From Bigelowiella natans CCMP2755 (Eukaryota > Protista > Cercozoa), in NCBI GenBank assembly GCA_000320545.1, contig ADNK01000436.1:24587-88586 (forward strand): a DNA stretch of 64,000 nucleotides, read 5' to 3'. Each line of letters begins with the position of its first letter. Position 1 is the stretch's first letter. Shown piece by piece: positions 51,840-63,958 of the stretch. The notes under the pieces were generated by a model, which saw only the letters and a program-made list of their open reading frames with translations, had not been told where the DNA came from and ran no database searches. A program made the position numbers and the translations under genes.

Positions 51840-53642
51840 CTAATGTATGGCTGCCGCGTACTCCTTCTCGACAGAAACGAGTTTATTGTAGATTTGGCGC
51901 GTCTCCTCACGAATAGCCGCCATCGATTCAGGATCTGTGCTTGTCGGCATCTGGACATTCCCCCTGATTGATGTATCTGCAGTGAGAATTTGGAACACCT
52001 GCTTCCCGCCCCCCATAGCCACTCATATTAGCTAATAAGTGGTACGGTGACTAACGAACAAAAATCATCCTGTGGTACTCCAGCAGCAGTATTAGCAGAG
52101 TAGCAGCAGACGCCGCACGACAAGGCGTCGAAGAACATCCATGCATATATGATGATACCGTATCTTGAGCTTTAGAAGGCATCTCCTCAGCTCCATCTCC
52201 ACGTCACGGGCGGAGGGACGCTTCGAAGGGTCAAGTGCGAATAGTTTCCTCCAAATCGCCAACGCACGCCCCATCCTCTTCTCAATGAGCAGCTCGCGGA
52301 TCTGCCGAGGGATAAGCTCACCTGCCGTCACCCGTTGGATGAGGGACCCGGTGTTCTGGAGAAGGAGGGGGGCGGGGGGGTGAGTGAGGAAGGGGGGAGG
52401 AGGAGGAAGGTTAGAAAGGATGGCAAAGCAGAAAATTGCCTATTCGTCGCTCTTCTAATATGGTGGCTCATCGGAGTCATGCACGATGAGGATGATGATG
52501 ATGATGGTGATGACGACCAGATTCTGCTCCTGCTCCTTCGCGATTAGGTAGCTTTGGATGTCAGTGAAGCCTTTCTCCTCGGACCAGGCGCGTGGCGTTT
52601 TTCCATAAAAGTCCTTTGCGTCAAGCCGCGCCCCTCCCTTTTCAACGAACAGTTTTACCATTGCTAGTCGGTCGTTGAAGCACGCCCAGATTAACGGTGT
52701 CGCTCCTTTCAGAAGAGTATAATGCAGGAAGAGAGCGGGGGCAGGAGAAGGAGGAGGAATGAAAATTAAAATTCAGTAGTTGAACAGACTGACGCCAGGC
52801 AATAACGATAATGACGATATTGATGATAATGATGATGACGACGGCGGTAATGTCTGTGGTTGTGGTGGTGTTGGCGGCGGTGGTAGTGAATATGACATGA
52901 TTAAGATGCAATAAGAGGATGAAGATAAAAAGAGGGCCCATGGTGGCTTCTCTCCATTCTTTTTCCTTTCACTTCCTTTACCGCTGCTCAGGCTCCCGAC
53001 AGCCTCGACGTTCGCCTTCGATTTGATGAGGAGCTGTGCAGCCTCCAATCTGTTCTGTAGGATAGGCTCGAAAAGGGGCGTGTAGCCAAGTGAGTTCTGT
53101 GCCTCAATATCAGCCTTCCGGTCAAGAAGATACTGCACGATTCCGATGTGACCTCTGTGCGACGCCGCATGCAGGGCCGTGGAGTTGCCCTGGTCGGGGT
53201 TTTTCGCTCGAAGATCTGGAAATACGCGCGAACACTGCGTCTCCTCCTTCCGGTCCTCCTTGGCGTCGTTGTTGTCGTCGTCATCATTGCTACCGCCATT
53301 CTTTTTCTCTATCATCACCCTCTCCCTCCTACCCTTTTGCTTGACCGGAAGGCCCTTCTCAAGAAGGGCTCGCGTTTCGTCAAATTTTCCTTTGAGGCAG
53401 TAGTCCCACAGTAAACGATCGACATCGGAAAACTCCTGAGAAATTGGGAAGGAGGGAAAGGCGGAGAGGGTGGGGGGGAGTTACGGTTAGGGTTCTGCCA
53501 ATGTCTGGGTGAGTGTGTGCTATGCTCCCTTCGAAATGATAAAAAACGGCTCTCATTAGCCCTGAAGAAGCTAGACAACACCTAAAATAAGGCTCTTACT
53601 TTTCCACGTTATTCCCTTTCAACTGAAACTCTCTTTGCCGGC

Positions 53643-53682
<40 letters not shown>

Positions 53683-56035
53683 CTCTCTCTCCCTCTCTTC
53701 CCCCCCCCCTACTCACATTCCCCCTCCCTTCCTTCTTCTGTACCCTCGCGACAAGATACTCTACAACGTCGTCGAGCCCCTTCGCCTCTGCCCACATACG
53801 CGCAGAGTTTTTTTTGTCATCCTTTGCATAGACGTCTGCGTGGCCCTCCTCCACAAGCACGCGCACTAGCCCCAGCCTTCGTTTTCCCTTATTCCATATG
53901 GCGCAGATAAGGGGAGTGGCAAGGTTGAGATCGCGGGCGTTGACATCGGCCCCTTGCTGAATGAGCCAGCGAGCCACCTCGACGCTGTGGTTTTTTGCTG
54001 CTTCAAAGAGAGGGGTATGGCATTGACGGTCCTTTGCCTCCAACCGCGCGCCCTTTTCAACCAGGTACCGAACGATGGCTTTTTAAGAATTTGCGGGAGA
54101 GGGAGGAGGGGTGAGGGGGAAAAGGGGGGGGGGTAATTGAGAAGCAGGAATACCGTTTGTTCACCGATGTGTACAGATGTGCGTGTGCGTGTGCGCGTGC
54201 GTGCGTGCGTGTGGAAAAGGTATTTATGCTACGTTGTGGTGGATGCTGCTTGCTTCGAAGTACCGAGAAAGTTACGATGCGCAGCGACTTGTAGGAGCGA
54301 GATAAATCTGATATGAGAGAGGACGAGACGTATTGCTGTTGTTGTTGATGATGTTGATCTTGACGTTGATAATGATAGTCATGAGACTTCGTGATGCATT
54401 GATTACCCTTTCTCAGCGTCACGGGCATTCACAAGTCTGAGGAGGGAGCTTTCCTCCTCAACCTCCTCCAACAACCTCTTCATCTCTGCCAGATTTCCGG
54501 TCGCGCAAGCTTTGAAGATCTCACGCTCATCGTGTGTGAGAGGCTGAAGATGTGCGTCAGCGGGATGAGAAATAGTAGTTTATAATAAATAAATAAATAA
54601 ATATATATATATATATATACCTGATTTATCTGCTAATGTGTGTTGGTGTGCGTACATCGTAACAGTAACATCCTTCGTTCCTCCTCATCCTCGCCCCCCC
54701 CCCCTCCTAGTTCTCACGTTCTATCTATCTATCTATCTATCTATCATCATCGTGGTACCCTAGCGCTTTCCGGGCTTGGCCTTCTATCTTTGCCGACTAC
54801 ATCACGCTGCACCTCCATGGTCATCACGTTCACCGGGTCAAACGAGGAGGATGGGCCGAACGAGGGGGGGGCTTGACTGGAGGAGGTGGTATCGATATAA
54901 GGAAAGACCTCTTCACTATCTTCGTAGTTCTTGGTAGAGGGGGGGGCATCGCCATCCATATCCTCGTAACGAGCGCCGGGAGCGTCGCCATCCATGTTCT
55001 CGTAATTAACGCCGTTGAAGTCTTCTTCACAATCCTCGAAGTTCTCGGTAGAGGCGGGAGCGTCGCCATCCATGTCCTCGTAATGAACGCCGTTGAAGTC
55101 TTCTTCACAATCCTCGAAGTTCTCGGTAGAGGCGGGAGCGTCGCCATCCATGTCCTTGGAATATTTGCTGGCGTCGTTGTTGTCCAGGGCGTTGTTCTCC
55201 CCCCCACTCTGCGACATCGTATCGGAATCGACGCGCTCTATACCGTCGCCTTCGCCTTTGCGCTCATCCTTTCCCTCCTCACCAGAGCTCTCGGAATAAG
55301 ATGATGATACTGCTTTCGGCCTCTGCGCTTCTTCTTCTTCTTCTTCTTTTCTTTTTCCTTTTTCTTCATCCTCCGTCCCTTCCCCCTCTGGGGAAGAGTC
55401 GGTGGCGGAGCTCGAGTTCCCCCTTTGGAAGGGGACGACGTCATCAACGTCGTGTGCTTCATATTTGGATTTACTCCGCAATTGCTGGAGAACGTCGCAT
55501 CCCTTTCCATCAAGCATAGATTCGCAAACCTAATCGGTGGCGGCGGGAAGAGAGTTTTTGTGTGGAGGTTAATGCTGATGCGTATAAAATCAAGGCCGCG
55601 ACATTTATCTTGCCGCATTGATTTTTTGGATGTGGGACAATAAGTCCAAAATGATGAGGATGATGATGATGATGCATTCTTCGATCTCCCCTTCCGCACA
55701 AAAAGAACGGGCTTGCCAGTGGACACGCCAAGGAAGAGCGGTAAATGAGAATGATAAATGAGTCATCCATGTCCGGCTCATGCAACCGACAAATCCATAT
55801 CGAAAATTGTTTGTTGTTGGTGGAGATACATGCGCCGCGCTTTGTCATGCGTATGTACTCAAAAACAGCGACTGAAGTGGCAACACCGATGAGTAGCTAC
55901 TTCTACTATTTAGGCTCTTCTTCCTACCTCACAGAACGTAATGCCCATGCTCCAAACGTCGCTCTTGGTCGAGAAACGACGAGATGATATTACCTTTGGA
56001 TATAGTCGCAGCAACAGGAGAGAGAAGAGAGAGAA

Positions 56036-56070
<35 letters not shown>

Positions 56071-56417
56071 GAAGAGAGAGAGAGGAAGAGAGAGAGAGGA
56101 AGAGAGAGAGAGGAAGAGAGAGAGAGGAAGAGAGAGAGAGGAAGAGGGGGGGGGGGACAGAAAATGAGGATAAGGGTGAAATAGGATCAGAATCGAGATA
56201 ACATCATCACTTTTCTTCTATCGAAAGTCGGTAAAAGCATCATTTTAGACAGCCCTCAAAAGTCACACCTCTGGAGGTTGCGAATACGGAGTGATCCCCC
56301 CTTCGGACACATCCAACACAAGCGAATCGACCTAAATCATAGGGGGGGCGTGGAGGCGCAAGAGATGAGATTCCCGTCTCATTTCCTCTAATTCTTCACA
56401 CATGCATGTAAATATTG

Positions 56418-56456
<39 letters not shown>

Positions 56457-57681
56457 ATGTGAGCCCACTCCCCCTCCTTAAAACTAGCAGCACACCAGCA
56501 CCTTCTTATCGGGGAGGACACGAGCTAAGTCAAAGTCCGTGATGAGAACCCTTTGCTCATGAAAGAGCACATTGCGTGCCGCGATGTCCCTATGGATGAT
56601 TCCGAGATCGTGCAAGTCCGCCACACCGGCGGATATCTGTATCATAGTTCGCAGGAGGAGGATGCAGAACTTGGAGAGAGGAGGAAAATGCAGGACAAGG
56701 GGGAAGAAGGAGAAGGAGGAGGGGGAGGGTGGGGGAAGGGGGAGGAGCTTATTATGGACATCGTCTTTGGCGGTTGCAAAACTGTTTTCGCCTGTACTTA
56801 GTCAATTACTTCCCCTTCTTCCACAATTCTATACTCGGGATTGTGTTTTCTTGTTCGTGGTTGCAAATCAGTGATACACAGCAAAAGTATGACTACAGCA
56901 ACATAACACTCACCTCTTCTTGGTCCGCCCCGTGCCAACCCCCCAACCCCCCCGGGCTCCCCCGGACCACCCCCCCCCCCCCCCCCTTCGCGGCCTTCTT
57001 GGCCTTCTTGTAGGACCTCTTGAGGGCGAAGAGCAGTCACCAGTAATGTGCGAAGGGTAGTCGCAGTAGGAGTATCCTCCGCCATGGCCCTAGTAGAATG
57101 ATATTGATGTTGTTGGTGACGTTGTAGTGAACATGGTGATGATGATGATGACGACGATTATGAGGAGGACAGTAGTAGTAGTAGTAGTAGTAGTAGTAAT
57201 AGTAGTAGCTGTTACTTGTGATGTTCCATGGCCGCCTTTTTCCTCCTTTCTTCTGGGTCCTAGCGCCAGGGCGCGCAGGACGACGAGATAGCTGCACATG
57301 CGCTCCCAGGCCACGCTGTCTTTCCATTTCTGTGTGAGATACGAGGAAGGAAGAGGAGGAGGAATAGGAGGGGAGAACACATGACAGTGATGGTGATGAA
57401 GATGGTATAGTTGACGCTATGAAATATCTAAAACAATGATATTTTCATGCTGGTGAAGAACTCGCCCCCCCCCCCCCCCCCATCCCCTACTTACCTTAAG
57501 CGCGAGGTAGGAGCCACGGTACTGCACCATAATGACCTGCTTGTACTTTCCCTGTCTTGTCACGCCACCGTGTATTTCGAGCTCATCGTAGTTAATGAGG
57601 AGGTCTGGAAACAGTGCTTTGGACGCCCAAGATCGGAATCTCTGTGAGTTCCAAAGGTTCTCCTCTTTCGCTTTCAATACA

Positions 57682-57734
<53 letters not shown>

Positions 57735-58299
57735 GGCTTTTGAGCTGCATTGAATACCCACCTATAGTAGAATGTGATAATATAATACCCTCGTAGTAAA
57801 TCTAGCACGGCAAAACGACGATGACGACTTAAGACAATTCTCCTGAGCACCACTTACGTTGGCCTTTTTCTTCCTGGTTGGCTGCCTTCGCCGCTTTGTC
57901 AAGCTTCGTCCGAAGAGCGCTCATCTCGCCGTTCCACTTCGCAACCTCGCGGATGTAGGAGCTCATTTCGAATGACACACCGTGGCTACAGGAGGAGCAG
58001 CACCAAAACCAAATGCATCGGTGGATGGTCATCAATGTATGCATATTCTCAAAATAGTCAATTTGTTAGAACCCAGCTCATCTCTCTTATTTTTAATAAC
58101 AGAATCATATATGCTGTTGCTGCTGCTGCTGCTGCTGTGCGTGCGTGCATGCAACGCAACAACACATCGCACACAGTGCGACATATTGCTTCTTCGCACT
58201 TGTCGCGGTCGAGTTTGAAATAGCGTCGTATGTCATCGATATAGCTTGAGAAGCCTGCGGCCGCCACCTAAATGTGATAATTGATTATTTAGAGCGATG

Positions 58300-58341
<42 letters not shown>

Positions 58342-59377
58342 TATTATCTGCTAAACCCCATCCTCAGCTGCGAAAGAAGATCCCTCCTCTCCCACCTCCT
58401 TCTCGCCTCACTTTAAGGCAAGGGGAAGATATCTCCCTATCGTCGTAATCCCCATCAAGATCATCATCATCATCATCATCATCATGATCATCATATTTAT
58501 CAGCGCCACGAGCAGAACCTTTTTCGCATCCAGATCGACGAAGTTTGCACCCTCCCTGTCTGCTGTACTGGCTGCTTTGCTGGCTGCTTTGGTGTGAGCC
58601 TCCAATACTAGTCTGAACATACGCGCATCATGATCGATGAAGACCTCGTTGAGACCCTGCGTAGATATAGGCCGACGGAAGGATAGAAGAGCGGGAGGGG
58701 GGGGGGAGGATTGCTTGTAAATCACAGAGTTCTCCAGTCCACACACGGAAATAATAATGATGATGAGAACATTGACGGCAATGATAGCAGCGATGATGAT
58801 AACAATGGCGTTTGTAGCACGCACGCAACTGCTGTTAGTGCTGGTGGGAACAACAAGCTGCACACCTGCCAGTAGGCCCCCCTTGCAAGAAAATCCGTCG
58901 AATCGTTGTTGGCGCTCTTGTCCATCGGTCTTAGTTTTCGGGCAAGGAAAAGGGAAAAGCGGGGAGGGGAGGGGAGAGAGAGGGAAAGAGTGAAATTTCA
59001 AAAATGGTAGGGAGACGGCGCGGGTGACATATTCTAGTTCTAATCGAGGAAACGTTAAAGAAAAGGATATTATTTTGTCTTTTCTCCCCCTTCTCACTTG
59101 CATTGAACTCCAATTCTCTCCTCTCTCTCCCCCTCTCCCTCCTTCGCCTCTTTGCCTTTCACCTTGGGTCGAAAATAGCTCCAAGAAGGGTGTAAGGGTG
59201 GGAGAGGAATGGGCCTACCTTTGCCTGCACAGTTATTTAGCTTTAAATATATGGCCATGAGTCAACAGATTTATTTATGCGTGTGTGTGTGTGCGGCCTC
59301 ATTGATTTCCCTTTCTGGAGCGCGCGTATTTTATGTACTACCCCCCCCCTCCCCCCCTCGCACGAAACACGCACACA

Positions 59378-59446
<69 letters not shown>

Positions 59447-60876
59447 CTGAATGATCTTCCCAAGGCAATTGAAAGTGGCTATAGCCTCGGGGTCAATAAG
59501 CGGCGTCGATATCACACCCGCCCCCTCCAGGAGCCGCAGAAACGCAGGGATGCTCTCGAAGTACTGTTCGGGCCTTCTCCTCTTCTTGCCCCTCCGCCTT
59601 CGGTTCTGCTCCCGTATCTTCATCTTCCTATGGAACCGGTATCCTCGGGCCGTGCACTCCAGCCAGACGGTGCGGATGGCGTAGCGGTTTCCTTGCAGAT
59701 CGTAGATGACCTGCTTCTGCGACAGAGCATCCTTTTCCTCCATCTTGTGGAGGTACCGCAGGGCGAAGGTGCCGGAGAGGCGGGCCGACAGCTTCACGGC
59801 GAACAAGCCGTTGCGCGCGCTCGCGCGCGTATATCTGGCAGTTTAGTGTTATATGCTGTGTTTCGTGGGGGTGGTAAATAACGATAGCGGCGCTGATGGT
59901 TGGAAAGCAATGTGATAGCATTTCAGGGAGAGGGAGGAGAAGACGTGCTAGCCATCGCATCCATCTCCTCTCTCTCCCTCTCCCTCTCTCTCTGCGTGTG
60001 TGTGTTTGTGTATGTGCGTGTGTGTCTGCAGCATCATATAAAGTAAAAACGCGTGCATATGTGTGAGTTACGCTACCCCCCTTCCCCTCGCCTCCCTCCC
60101 TCCTACTCCCCTCTGGCTGCTCACTTGTGGTTGAAAAGATGCTCGAGGTGCGAAGTGTTGTCATGAAGATGCAGCCACGGCTGGACGAAGGCGCGGGGGG
60201 CTCGGGGCGGGCGAGCGATCATCGGGTAGATGTGGCTTGCGAGGCGCTCGAACGGCCCGAAAAGGCGCAGAAGTCGCGCAAAGCTCTGTACGGTGATCTG
60301 GTCTACATGGCCTAGGATCATGCTGAAAAACCTCGATTCGTGGATTTCGTATATCAGCTCGCGCTTCTTTATCTGGTAGAACTCCGACTTCGACTTTCTG
60401 ATCTGCTGAATGCTGAGGCCTGTTGTAACAGTATCATTTTGCCGGGGTGGCGGGGAGGGGGGGGGGGGAAGGGGTTCGACGTTGGTCTCTGTGTCGTTGT
60501 GGTGATGGGGAGGATACGAGGGGGCAGGTGAGGGGGGGGGGGCGGGGCGGACGACTCTCCTCCTTACACCCCCCCCTCTTTCTCTCCTACTATTGGTATG
60601 GAGGGATTGTTGAAGCAGAAGATAGGGAGGCGGACATGTGGGCGTTTTGTTCTTCTTCTTACCCCATCTTGCCTCAATCGCCTGGTTGTAGTCCAGCAAG
60701 CTGTGGAGCAGCGTGGTCACGAAGCGTGTCTTTGCCACGGTCACGACAGAAGGACCGAAGTGCACCTCCCAGAAGATCAGGGCGTGATTTACCTGAGGCA
60801 TGGCATTCACAAGGGAATATTTATCGTATGTGCATGTAATATAATATCATAGAGAGAGTATGAGGGTGGGGGTAAT

Positions 60877-60915
<39 letters not shown>

Positions 60916-60946
60916 TATCATCATATAACGAGAGCCCGCGACTATT

Positions 60947-60978
<32 letters not shown>

Positions 60979-61522
60979 AATCATGCGAGGGAATAATCAT
61001 ACACTGCTGGTCTACTATCGCTACCACAATCACCACCACAACAACAACGACAAGCGGAAGCGGAAGCAGAACCAGAAATGACACCTTTGCCTTCTTCTTC
61101 CGGTCTTTGCGCTCCTTGTGTTCGTTGAGATAGCTTGAGCTCTTCTCTTCCCTCCCTCTTGACCGTCGACCTAGTGTCCCTCTCTCCTCCCTGCCTCTTC
61201 GGCCTCTCCTTACCCCTCCCCCTCCCCCTCTTCCCCGCGCACAAGCACATGCACATTTTGACCAAAAGGGTCAGAACGGTGATGAGGAAGAGGACGCCGA
61301 AGAGGAGGATTGATGACAAGTCCACCGACACCCACTCCAGCAGCGTCGAGGGGAGCGTGTAGAGCTCTCGCAGCGTCGCGAAAGATAGGGTGGGGACTGT
61401 GTCAGGGAACAGTATGTTCAACGGGCTGGAGTTCGTCGGGAGAGTGGGGAGCGGGGAGGAGGAGGGAGGAGATGTGGCAGTGAGAAGTTAGAAAGAAGCA
61501 ATGCGTTTTTACTCCACGCACA

Positions 61523-61580
<58 letters not shown>

Positions 61581-62563
61581 GAGAGAGCGAGAGAGAGATA
61601 GACACACGCACACATCTTTGGAGCATAATTTCCACGCAAAAGCACCAAAGTGAAATGTTTCAGATAATACGAGAAGTACATCACAGGAAGCAACACATGC
61701 TGAGACGCCCCATCATCTAGCGAAAACAGCAGTTGCAGTAGCAGTATCAGTAGCACTAGCAAAGCATGTAGCTGTGCGGGGATCTCACCGCAAAATCCCA
61801 AGAAATACGAATAGCGAGTCGATAGAGGCGTAGTATATGAGGGAAAAGCCTCCAACCAGGAACGGAGCCACCGCAACAAAGCTGATGTAGCGCCAAGAGG
61901 AGTGCTGCTTCCTACCATCCGCCTTCCACGTCGCATTCTTTCCTCCGGACGATGGAAGAGGGCTGGGTGGGGACGAGGAGGAGAAGCGGGTTAAGAAGGG
62001 GGGGTCATTTTTACTATCAGGCTGGTGACGGCTGCTGGTGTTACGGCTGCTGGTGTTATCAAAGGCGCTCCCAAGAAGGTTTCTCGTGCTAAATTGCTGG
62101 GCCAAAAGGGGAGGTTCGAGTGATTGTCCCCAACCCCCTCGTCGCATCCTTGGCTCCTCGGAATTAAATTTCGAGAGCACCGGAAATGCCCCCGGTAAGG
62201 GGATCATGAGCGTTTTGTTCTTCAGGATGGAGGGGGGCTGGACGGAGGAGGGCTGGATGGAGGAGGCCTGTTTCTGTTGGTCATCTTCTTCACATTGAAG
62301 TTCTCGGTGCACGCGCTCAAGCTCGCTCTTGACAATCGCGACGCGCTTGCGGCTTCGCATCTGCTCCTCCTCTGTTCGTGTCTTCTTTTTCACCTTATCC
62401 GACCACTGTAAGACCTGGTTCCTCAAGCTCTGCATCGATGGGGCCTCAAGTAGTGCCTAAACGGTTAGATCAGGTGATAGGATGACAACGTTTAGTGTAT
62501 AATAACTCTTTTGAATTATTTTATGTAAAAATTATACATATATATGTGTATGTATATAAATAA

Positions 62564-62597
<34 letters not shown>

Positions 62598-63912
62598 TCA
62601 TGCTTGCTGGATTACAGCATCAACAGCATTATGCAAATTGATTGCGTGGGCGACGGAATGACATTTTTACACGAAAGTAGATACGGCTCGGCTCGTATCT
62701 CCCAAATCATCCTTGTCGGTCAGGAAAGAGAGTACTAATAAATCTCATCTCGCGACACAGCTAACCACGGTGGTGGGCAATGCTCCTGTCATGAGACAAA
62801 GCTCATCGGTGCTTTCTATGCTCAATGTATTATAACACTCCATAGCTCTTTTTAGTGCGCTGCTGTGAGTATGGACTCTTCCTATCATCGGGCACCTTCT
62901 GCATTTCCTCCAGTGTAAGTCTCTTCTCCCTTTTCTTCCTGAGGAAGCCCTCCCTGTCTCCAATACCATCGCCGTCCTCGTCCTCGTCGTCATCAACATC
63001 GTCGTCCTCGTCCACCGCAAGGAAGAAAATACTACGGAGATAGCCTACAACCGCGTATGTCAACAGGGCCTGATGCCAGGGAGTAGAGAGAGTCAACAAA
63101 GGTGGATTCTCTATTTTCGTGACCGCCGCTGCTGTGTTCGACCATGATATCGATGTTGTCATCATCACCATCATCATCATCATCATCATCATCTCATCGC
63201 CAAATACACCCTCATCGTGACATGTGATCATCGCCATCGTCGTCATCATAAAGGTTACCAAAGCTCCCGTCTTCAGCATCCAGGCATTGTCGGCCTTCAA
63301 GATCCACGCGTAAAAAAACCCTTGCGCGGTCAGAGCCAATCGAGATCGAATGACAAGCAACCAGTAGTAACGCCTTAAATAATACGATGTACCACGATCG
63401 GCAGAAGGACAGAGAGTAATTTATGGGTAGGAGGTTAATATAGCTCGTAAACCCGAATAAGGAGCCTTCCTCCCCCCTCCCCCCATCGCAGAGAGTGAAT
63501 AAATCAAGCATGCGACGGATACTCTATATTTTATGTTGAGACCCTTCCCAATCCTTCCCAACGCCCAGATAGATTACTTGTGGTATCTAAGCCACGACAG
63601 AATGAGTCTTTTCTCTTCCACTTCCTTATTGCAACTGCTGCGGCTGCCGCCATCGCCGTCGTCGCCTCCACCTTCTCCGCTGGAATTATCAGTGTCCGTT
63701 CCTCCAAATAACAACACGTCGAAAACCTTGATCCAGAAGAGGATGGCATTCCAAGTTGTGCTCAAGCAGCCCGATGATTGCCTAGCAGGGCGGGGGATAA
63801 GATTATCACAAAATTTTTTGGTAATGGTAATGCACGCGAAGCTCACTCTGATGCAGCCTCTCCATCTCGTCTCCTGCGGCTCCTTCTGAATCGCGACTTC
63901 AAATTCCTGCAT
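51840..63912 (-). CDS. Multi-TM, SH2- and BTB-containing tyrosine-kinase-like protein with ankyrin repeats inserted in the kinase domain (5' end probably beyond the window)
   Basis: Minus-strand order: hydrophobic TM segments (63400-61250); EF/SH2-like (FARLLRLFGPF, QPWLH, GLFAVKLSARLSGTFALRY); BTB_2-like (IATFNCLGKII|AKVGPFLSHPYTLLGAIF...VFIDHDARMFRLVL); kinase YLALK, HRDIAARNVL (56571-56594), DFD, PPE, KSDVWSMG; acidic tract; two ankyrin clusters; WRKLFALDPSKRPSA; stop at 51840. Confidence 0.75.
54905..55156. repeat. Coding 78-bp tandem repeat (26 aa, MDGDAPASTENFEDCEEDFNGVxYEx)
   Basis: Unit starts at 54977, 55055 and 55133 (period 78), with a degenerate copy at ~54905-54970; inside ORF 54747-55517(-). 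Confidence 0.9.
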
Positions 63913-63958
63913 TGTATGTGTACGGAAGGGTTCGATGGATAAAGTGGACAGAAATACA

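Noticed and set aside
52455-54550. Ankyrin exons as a stand-alone ankyrin gene
   Set aside because: They lie between kinase subdomain IX and X-XI exons on the same strand, with no promoter-like gap or terminal stop in the spliced frame.
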